NCBI GenBank assembly: GCA_037045145.1
Contig: JBAOIA010000012.1
Span: 235,210-299,209, forward strand
Reading direction: 5' to 3'
Length of the DNA: 64,000 nt
DNA from: Bacteroidia bacterium
Lineage (GTDB): Bacteria > Bacteroidota > Bacteroidia > AKYH767-A > OLB10
A program made the position numbers and the translations under genes. The first letter of the stretch is position 1. The number at the start of each line of letters is the position of its first letter. Shown one piece after another: positions 57,182 through 64,000 of this stretch. The notes under the pieces are model-generated. The model was not told the DNA's origin and did no database searches. It saw nothing but the letters and a program-made list of their open reading frames with translations.

Positions 57182-59017
57182 ATGCGTTTGATTACAAATT
57201 TTCTAAAGCTGACCATTTACTGGCTGTTGTTCTTCAGTATTTTCAGAATCATCTTTTTCCTGTTTCTGCAGTTTAACTCAGCAAATATTCAACTGAATGA
57301 ATTGCCATTAACATTACTTTATGGCATAAGGTTAGATATTTCCGCAACTGCATATATTTCTGCCCTGTCGTTAATTTTATTGCTATTGTATGTTGTGACA
57401 GGTAATAATTTTATTAAAAAATTATTTTTTACTTACAATGGAATCATATTGTTTATCTTAATTCTATTGCATGTCAGCAATCTTTTTCTATATCGTTCAT
57501 GGGGTGTGCTTATCAACTACCGTGCTCTGACATTTCTTGCAGACTGGCGGCAGATGTTTTTGTCGATAAATAACTTTGAATTGTTTGGAGGCATCATATT
57601 CATTACACTTCTATTTCTGCTTGCCTGGTATATATTCAGAAAAATCACAAAACACTTTTTTGATATTAAACTTTCAATTATTCAATCTTTATTTCAATTT
57701 ACTGTCACAGGAATACTGTTGGTAATCATGTTTCGTGGTGGCTTGCAGATGCTGCCAGTAAATGAGAGTGCAGCTGCTTTCAGTGAAAATATCACACTCA
57801 ATCACATTGCCACAAATCCGGCTTGGCACTTGGGACACAATCTCAATCAAACTAAAAGTGAAAATGCTGCATTTTACAAATTTTATAGTAATGAGTTTGC
57901 TGAAGAGAATGTAAAAAAGCTATTTCAAACACCTGTTGATATAATGTCGGTGCTGAACAATAAAAGACCAAATATTGTAATCATTATGCTGGAGAGCTTT
58001 TCAGCTGATGTTGTTGGTGCTATGGGTGGTGAAGCCGGTGTTTCGCCCACAATAGACTCATTGATTCACAATGGATTATCTTTTAGAAATATTTACAGCA
58101 GTGGTGCACGTACAGATCAGGCATTTGTGGCAGTTCTTAGTGGATTTCCGGCTCAGCCTAATCAATCCATAATGCGCTTTCCGGATAAGACTGCTAAACT
58201 CCCCTCCTTACCTGCTGAACTTAGGAAGCAAGGCTACAGCACTTCTTTTTATTATGGTGGCGATCTTGACTTTTCAAACCTGAACACTTATTTAGTCAAC
58301 TTGGGGTTTGAACAAATAACCGGTAAAAAGAAATTTAAACAAAAGCAATTGAGTGCCAAATGGGGAGCACACGATGAATTTGTTTTTGAAAAAAATCTGA
58401 ACGATTTAAATCAGACTAAAGAGCCTTTCTTTTCTGTTGTGATGACATTAAGCTCGCATGAGCCTTACGATATTCCAATGAAATCACCTTTTGGAAATGA
58501 AAACCCGAATGAATTGTTTAAAGGGTCTGCATGGTATGCAGACCATAGTTTAAGGAATTATTTGACAATGGCAAAAAGAGAACCTTGGTTTAAAAATACT
58601 TTATTTGTTGTAGTCGCAGATCATGGCAATAAAATTCCTCGCGACAGGTCGTACTACAGTCATTACATAAGGCACATTCCAATGGTAATGGCTGGCAATG
58701 TTGTAAAAAATATTTATAAAAATAAAAATGTTTACAGCACCGGTTCACATCACGATATCCCGGCTACTCTAATGCATCAATTAGGTTTAAATGCAGGTAT
58801 GTTTAACTGGAGCAACGATTTACTTAACCGCAAGCGACACGGCTTTGCTTATTTGTGTATGGATGATGCCGAAGGATGGATAACAGACAGTTGTACATTT
58901 GTGTATGATTTGAGTAATAAAAAATTCATTTATAAAAGACCATATTATGCAATTGCAGACACGATATCTGCAAAAAGTTATTTACAGAAGTTATATAGTA
59001 CATTTAGTAATCTTTAA
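57182..59017 (+). CDS. LTA-synthase/sulfatase-family membrane protein (alkaline-phosphatase superfamily)
   Basis: Five N-terminal TM segments followed by the sulfatase-type domain NIVIIMLESF...ARTDQAF...SSHEPY...VVADHG. Confidence 0.8.
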   Translation: MRLITNFLKLTIYWLLFFSIFRIIFFLFLQFNSANIQLNELPLTLLYGIRLDISATAYISALSLILLLLYVVTGNNFIKKLFFTYNGIILFILILLHVSNLFLYRSWGVLINYRALTFLADWRQMFLSINNFELFGGIIFITLLFLLAWYIFRKITKHFFDIKLSIIQSLFQFTVTGILLVIMFRGGLQMLPVNESAAAFSENITLNHIATNPAWHLGHNLNQTKSENAAFYKFYSNEFAEENVKKLFQTPVDIMSVLNNKRPNIVIIMLESFSADVVGAMGGEAGVSPTIDSLIHNGLSFRNIYSSGARTDQAFVAVLSGFPAQPNQSIMRFPDKTAKLPSLPAELRKQGYSTSFYYGGDLDFSNLNTYLVNLGFEQITGKKKFKQKQLSAKWGAHDEFVFEKNLNDLNQTKEPFFSVVMTLSSHEPYDIPMKSPFGNENPNELFKGSAWYADHSLRNYLTMAKREPWFKNTLFVVVADHGNKIPRDRSYYSHYIRHIPMVMAGNVVKNIYKNKNVYSTGSHHDIPATLMHQLGLNAGMFNWSNDLLNRKRHGFAYLCMDDAEGWITDSCTFVYDLSNKKFIYKRPYYAIADTISAKSYLQKLYSTFSNL

Positions 59018-59035
59018 GGCATTTGCAATAAAAAA

Positions 59036-59065
59036 GGCCGGGCAACAAATGTTCCCGGCCTTTTT
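59036..59065. terminator. bidirectional intrinsic terminator between convergent genes
   Basis: AAAAA-GGCCGGG-11 nt-CCCGGCC-TTTTT. Confidence 0.7.
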
Positions 59066-59079
59066 AAATAATTAATTTC

Positions 59080-60042
59080 TTAATGTTTACTATTGATATA
59101 ATTATTCAAATCATCTATTGACGACTCGAAGGTAAACATATCGTTAACTTTAAAATAATTTCCTATATCATAAGTAAAATCATAGGCATACTTTGCAAAA
59201 TCCAATTTAGATTCTTCAAATGTAAAGAGACCCATAAGTTCCTTTACCTGAGAGGTGAAAAGACAATTGCTCCTAAGCACTTGTTTTGCAATGGTCATTT
59301 TACTGTCTTCAAATGACTTTGAAGAAATTGATTGTTTAAGGTCAGAAAAATCCTGTGGTGCCATCGGGACAGGACAACCATAAGGACCATTATAACCCGG
59401 CAGATAAACAACGGGTGCAGGTGGTGCAGGTGCTACCGGAGGCGGCTCTGATGTAGTGGTATGTGTAACTGTAGTAGTTGTAGTATGGGTAGTAGTTTGC
59501 ATAGTACCACCGGAAACATTCATATTGATACCACCACCCGTTTCATTCATATTTAAACCAATGTTTACATTCACATTATCACCAGGTATGGGTGTTCCAT
59601 CTGTTGTTGTGGTTGTTGTTGTATGAGTCACCGTTGATGCAGCAGGTGGCGGGGCTGGTATTTCACTGTAAACAACAACAGTTTGGTTAGCTGCCGGAGG
59701 AAGCGCTTGTGCCAAAGGCACTTCACTTAAAGGGCGCAGGCTATAGCTGTTCTTTTTAGCTATAAACTTAATGCTAAATGTAGTTTCCATGCCGGGGTTA
59801 AATGCAAGATTAAAATCCTTCTCACCCAACTTAGTATCTTCAAAAATCACTTTTAATTTGTAGAAATTTGCATTAAGCCCTGTTACTTTCACATTTGTTT
59901 CAGGATTTGCATTCTGTCTGACACCATTTAGAATTGCATAAAATTTCTCACCGTTTTCAGTGAATAATATAACATTAGATGATTGTGCTTTGACAAAAAA
60001 AGCACAAAGAACAAATGCCATTGTAAAGAATGTGTTTTTCAT
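59080..60042 (-). CDS. DUF4476-domain secreted protein with a Thr/Pro-rich linker
   Basis: The C-terminus FSDLKQSISSKSFEDSKMTIAKQVL...FTFEESKLDFAKYAY is typical of DUF4476. The central region has a low-complexity HTTTTTT / PPPVAPAPPAP linker. Confidence 0.7.
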   Translation of the reverse strand: MKNTFFTMAFVLCAFFVKAQSSNVILFTENGEKFYAILNGVRQNANPETNVKVTGLNANFYKLKVIFEDTKLGEKDFNLAFNPGMETTFSIKFIAKKNSYSLRPLSEVPLAQALPPAANQTVVVYSEIPAPPPAASTVTHTTTTTTTDGTPIPGDNVNVNIGLNMNETGGGINMNVSGGTMQTTTHTTTTTVTHTTTSEPPPVAPAPPAPVVYLPGYNGPYGCPVPMAPQDFSDLKQSISSKSFEDSKMTIAKQVLRSNCLFTSQVKELMGLFTFEESKLDFAKYAYDFTYDIGNYFKVNDMFTFESSIDDLNNYINSKH

Positions 60043-60186
60043 TTGAATATGTTTTTATATTTTATTTTGACATTAACTATAATAGTACCAAAACGCAGCT
60101 AAAATATGAAAAAATCATAAAGTACTGTGTGTTTCGGTCTTGAAGGAATGTTAAAACAGCATTTTCAATAAGGTGAATACTTACAT

Positions 60187-60663
60187 TCATCCGGTTTCAA
60201 GAGTTATAATAGGACTATGATAAATTTTAAAATTTACAGAGTTTGCAATAAAACACAACTCATTGGCTTTTTTATGCAATGAAATTGCAAAATCCATTTT
60301 AGAAGCATCTGTTATTATTACAAGCGGATTAAGTGTTACTGATTCAAATTGTCCGGCACCGGTTGAAGTTTCATTCATAATACCGGTAGCATTATCTGAA
60401 TAACTTTTGACAACAACACCAGCATCGGAGCATAGATGCAGATACCACAACATGTGGCATGATGACAATGAAGCCAACAACAATTCTTCCGGATTGTATT
60501 TAGTCTTATCACCCCGAAATGCCGGATCAGAAGAACAATGCAAGTCAGACTTATTCTCAATTTTTACAAGATAACTTCTATCATAGCTTAAATAATCTTT
60601 GGTACCGTATCCTGTGTTTCCTGTCCAAACAATATTTGCCTTATAATGATGTTCTCGTTGCAT
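60187..60663 (-). CDS. OsmC-family peroxiredoxin-like protein
   Basis: 158 aa with an OsmC pattern (...EELLLASLSSCHMLWYL...CFIANSV). Confidence 0.75.
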   Translation of the reverse strand: MQREHHYKANIVWTGNTGYGTKDYLSYDRSYLVKIENKSDLHCSSDPAFRGDKTKYNPEELLLASLSSCHMLWYLHLCSDAGVVVKSYSDNATGIMNETSTGAGQFESVTLNPLVIITDASKMDFAISLHKKANELCFIANSVNFKIYHSPIITLETG

Positions 60664-60739
60664 CCAATAATTTTTACTTATTAGACTTTAAATAATTTAA
60701 AGATTCAAAATAAATACATAAAATTTATTAATTCCAATC

Positions 60740-63700
60740 TTACAAGTCAGCATCTTTAATTCTCTTCAAGAACTCATTCTTCTTTCTTTCTGTGGCAAGC
60801 ATAAACTGATAGGGTTCAAGTCCGCCTTTTTCTGATGCTACTCGTTTTTCAGGTTTCATTTCATCAATTGGCTTATTGAACTTTTCATCAGAAGAAATTG
60901 TTTGTAAAACACCACGCTGATAATTAAAATAGTACCACATATCAGGTAATGCTTCCAGATAAATGTTCAATACATCACCACTACGTCTTCGCATTATCTC
61001 AACTTTTCCTTTTACCATTCTGCCTACATAAGTCTTACCAATAACTCCAAGACCAATATTTCCAACAGAGATATAAGAGGCACGCTCCTTATTATAATAA
61101 AACTTAAGCTCACTAAGCACCAAAGTATGCTGCAACTCGGAAGGAACTTTTCGTGCAGAACCATATAATCCTGTTTCATTCAACAACTTTTCTGCTTTGT
61201 TTTTTCCAATCATATTAGTTAAAGCATTTCTATAAACAGGTCTGTCATCCATAAATGGCTGCAATGCAGGAATAGAGTTAAACATTTCGGCCATTTGTTT
61301 TAGTGCATCATCATTAAACATAAAGTCTGCTGCCATAACTGCATCAAACCCTATAGAGTCATTAATCGTTGAATAGTTAACCATACCAAAATTCGTAATC
61401 GAAAGCTGACCAAAATCCTGAGTGAGATTTATGCGGCCCTCCCCAATTAACTGACATCGCTTATCATCAAGAATAACAGTGTTAGTAATAACACTTGCCG
61501 ATTTGGTTGAATCTGTTCCAGGTATGGTACCAGATATTTTATATTGTTGAGAATTATTATCAAAGGTCAGATAACCCTCAGCAGAAATAACTTCTGCATC
61601 TGAACTATGCTTCTTCATTGATAAAAATGCAGGATACATCATGGTGCTGTCGCTGCCGAAATAAATTCCTGAATAAAGTTTCTGCAAACTTTCGTTAGCT
61701 GGGCTTTGAATCGGAATGTTCACTCCTTTAGGGTCAATGTCACCCGCAAAGCCAAACCAATTGTGTTCAAAAGTATTGCAGTGATGATTAACAATTGCAA
61801 ATCCATTGAAGTAGAGATTTTCTTTTGGCGCATTAATTCTTAACTTACCTTTATATTGAATTGTCGGGCTAATAAAAAACCGAGATGAATCTGGGATTTC
61901 GCCAATGGCAAATGTTTGTTTTGACGTGTCCACTCCAATCTGTGTAAGCTTAATTTTATGTTTCACCTTTGTCTGATCCATATATTCGTAATTACCATCA
62001 CCCGAATAATTCATTCTGCTTTGAATGGTAATATTTGTATTAAGCATAGTGTGATAGCGTGAAGTAGTATTGGCTATTACCTTGCTATTAACTAATGGCC
62101 GCATGACAGCATTGCGCTCTACGACAACATTTCCCAAGTCAGGAATTACTGAGGCGTCCGCTACCAAAATTTCCTTCACCTTAAACCCTTTAAGTAAGTA
62201 TGACTTTAGATTGTAGGTTGCCAATGGTGCATCCCAACGCAAGGAATCCTGTTGTTTGTTTACAGAAACAAACTCATTTGCCTTGTCAGCACTTGCATCT
62301 GAACCACCAAATTCAAGTTCTGATTTATCTATAAACCATTTGAAATCTCTTATGAAAGAAATGTATTCATTGACAGGAAATTCAACTTTAGCTTTATCAC
62401 CTTTACTGCTGAAATCCCCAATACGTTTATCAAGATCAATATTAGCCTTGACATTTTGTGTATGCAATGCCATCAAATCACCGGCATCTGTATTGAGTTT
62501 AAATTCTGCAGAATCTGACCCATAGCTGTGTTCGTGAATAAAATGATTATTGCTGATTAATTGAGACTGTTGATAGCGGATAATGCCATTGGCATTAATT
62601 CCTGAAGGCATCAACACTAAGTTTCCATCGAGGATTGCTTCACCATTAAACAACACAAAATCTTTGCTTCTTTTAAACACATACATCTTATCATTTTTAG
62701 GTCGCCAGTTAACAAACACATCTTCATTCTTAACGTCAGGAAAACGTGTAGCACCAACCTGTTCCTTTCTTACCGCAAAACTTTGAGTAACGGCATGCAT
62801 GCTGTCAGGAAAGAAAATAATGTTGTTTGATTTTGAAGTGCTGCTCAAATAATCCACCTCCCCTTTTCCAAGGAATCCTTCGTGACTTAAACTGATTTGC
62901 TGACGATATTTCCCTTTGCCACTATAGGCTGCAAATCCGGCATCGGGCGTGTTGGTAACAAATCCCAGAGAGTAATCTCGCTGCACCGTAAGTTGCTGGC
63001 GCCATTCAGGAAAAATATCTGCGGATACCATACTTCCTTCAAACACCAGTCCCTCTTTGGTAAGTGTGTTGAGACTGTCAATGCTGAATGGATCGAGATG
63101 ATAATAAAACTTATCGCGTTTATATACACCACCAAATATTTCAGGATAATCATAGTAAATGAAAGACTTGTTGGTACAAACAAAAATGGGGTATTCTTCA
63201 TTTGGAACAAACCCTGACTTATTGGTTGGATTATCAATAGAAAGTTTTCCGTTCAACTGTTGCAAAATACTTTTAATAGGAATGAGTCTTTTCCTTCCTC
63301 TTTCATCAACAGTGTCTGACGGAACTTTAAATCGCAGTGAATCCACATTTTTTAAGTCAATATTAAAATCGGCATAGTTAAAAGTAAACTCTTTACCGTA
63401 AAAATCAAGTCTTCCTGCATGGACACGCCCATTGAAAACAATGTCACGATTTTTTTTAAGTGTCATTTCCTGATCCAAAGGCTGAATATAAACTTCCTGC
63501 GAATCACTGATTAATACATGACTTACACCACGCATATTTATATCAAAATTCAATAAGTTGATGGTTGCATTAGACAATCCTGAAATCATGGATTCAATTT
63601 TCAACTCATCATAATCAACCTTACCGGTGCGCGCATTGAGGTAGTACATCACCTTGTCTTTGACAATAAACTTATCCGCATCGGCATCATAAGAAATAAA

Positions 63701-64000
63701 TCCTAATGATGATAATTGAAGAATTTGATTGCGTACTGTATTTTCAGTAAGTTTCATATATTCAGAAAACTCCGGCACACTGATAACTTTTACATTATGC
63801 TCCTCTGCATATTGCTTAATTTTAAAAAGCGGATGTACTTCAGAGAGTCCTTGTATTTTATCAAAACGCTGTCGTGAAAAGAAATTTACTGACTCAAATT
63901 TCAACTTACTTTCGCCACCACCGGAAATCATCTTAAGATCCATCAATGGGTCTGAAATTTTCCATATCAACTGATCAAAATCAAGATCCATTTTATGATA
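60740..64000 (-). CDS. large conserved hypothetical protein, 5' end possibly outside the window
   Basis: A 1083-aa ORF from the ATG at 63991, and the frame stays open to the window edge. I recognised no motif. Confidence 0.5.
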   Translation of the reverse strand, partial: YHKMDLDFDQLIWKISDPLMDLKMISGGGESKLKFESVNFFSRQRFDKIQGLSEVHPLFKIKQYAEEHNVKVISVPEFSEYMKLTENTVRNQILQLSSLGFISYDADADKFIVKDKVMYYLNARTGKVDYDELKIESMISGLSNATINLLNFDINMRGVSHVLISDSQEVYIQPLDQEMTLKKNRDIVFNGRVHAGRLDFYGKEFTFNYADFNIDLKNVDSLRFKVPSDTVDERGRKRLIPIKSILQQLNGKLSIDNPTNKSGFVPNEEYPIFVCTNKSFIYYDYPEIFGGVYKRDKFYYHLDPFSIDSLNTLTKEGLVFEGSMVSADIFPEWRQQLTVQRDYSLGFVTNTPDAGFAAYSGKGKYRQQISLSHEGFLGKGEVDYLSSTSKSNNIIFFPDSMHAVTQSFAVRKEQVGATRFPDVKNEDVFVNWRPKNDKMYVFKRSKDFVLFNGEAILDGNLVLMPSGINANGIIRYQQSQLISNNHFIHEHSYGSDSAEFKLNTDAGDLMALHTQNVKANIDLDKRIGDFSSKGDKAKVEFPVNEYISFIRDFKWFIDKSELEFGGSDASADKANEFVSVNKQQDSLRWDAPLATYNLKSYLLKGFKVKEILVADASVIPDLGNVVVERNAVMRPLVNSKVIANTTSRYHTMLNTNITIQSRMNYSGDGNYEYMDQTKVKHKIKLTQIGVDTSKQTFAIGEIPDSSRFFISPTIQYKGKLRINAPKENLYFNGFAIVNHHCNTFEHNWFGFAGDIDPKGVNIPIQSPANESLQKLYSGIYFGSDSTMMYPAFLSMKKHSSDAEVISAEGYLTFDNNSQQYKISGTIPGTDSTKSASVITNTVILDDKRCQLIGEGRINLTQDFGQLSITNFGMVNYSTINDSIGFDAVMAADFMFNDDALKQMAEMFNSIPALQPFMDDRPVYRNALTNMIGKNKAEKLLNETGLYGSARKVPSELQHTLVLSELKFYYNKERASYISVGNIGLGVIGKTYVGRMVKGKVEIMRRRSGDVLNIYLEALPDMWYYFNYQRGVLQTISSDEKFNKPIDEMKPEKRVASEKGGLEPYQFMLATERKKNEFLKRIKDADL

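Noticed and set aside
59440-59640. Repetitive ACC/ACA-rich DNA encoding HTTTTTTT and TTHTTTTTVTHTTT in the DUF4476 protein, considered as a possible variable tandem repeat.
   Set aside because: The repeats are short, imperfect and in frame. They are typical of low-complexity Thr/Pro linkers in secreted proteins, and there is no evidence of a defined repeat unit.
1-64000. Searched by eye for CRISPR-like regularly spaced repeats, tRNA-like T-arm motifs (GGTTCGAATCC-type), rRNA, tmRNA/SRP-RNA-like conserved boxes and riboswitch-like leaders in the long spacers (5734-6026, 14350-14893, 16154-16644).
   Set aside because: I recognised nothing convincing. A covariance-model scan (tRNAscan-SE, Infernal/Rfam) would be needed to exclude small RNAs.

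Overview
AT-rich Bacteroidota chromosomal segment, assigned from the 287-aa sigma-A type RpoD, the rpmB-rpmG-DUF4295-ftsY and thrS-infC-rpmI-rplT clusters, TAnnTTTG -7 boxes and many T9SS C-terminal sorting domains. About 1-26.4 kb and 43.6-64 kb are ordinary housekeeping genes (paaI/thiolase, plsY, rluD, rpoD, three SurA/parvulin-like genes, moxR, ftsY, guaA, thrS, fabD, M13/M20/M1 peptidases, phoH, OsmC). Small decay patches lie at 14.3-18.3 kb: a DUF2130 gene between long AT-rich spacers, a transposase N-terminal remnant and a broken membrane-protein gene. The interesting part is an accessory block at about 26.4-43.4 kb on the minus strand. It holds a small secreted protein and a roughly 2,470-codon T9SS adhesin/enzyme-like gene cut in two by a 651-bp RAYT (HUH Y1 transposase) unit flanked by an exact 36-bp direct repeat. 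After that come five tandem mosaic about 500-aa T9SS-sorted beta-propeller-like paralogs (A-E), the 31-nt stump of a sixth paralog, and a second RAYT unit butted against that stump. The paralog signal peptides are encoded by long perfect palindromes. One type contains the ATG and is followed by a U-tract (terminator geometry) just downstream of the preceding stop codon. The other type is exactly where the second RAYT unit truncates the sixth paralog. I recognised no rRNA, tRNA or CRISPR array by eye. All similarity statements come from reading the sequence and translations; no searches were run.
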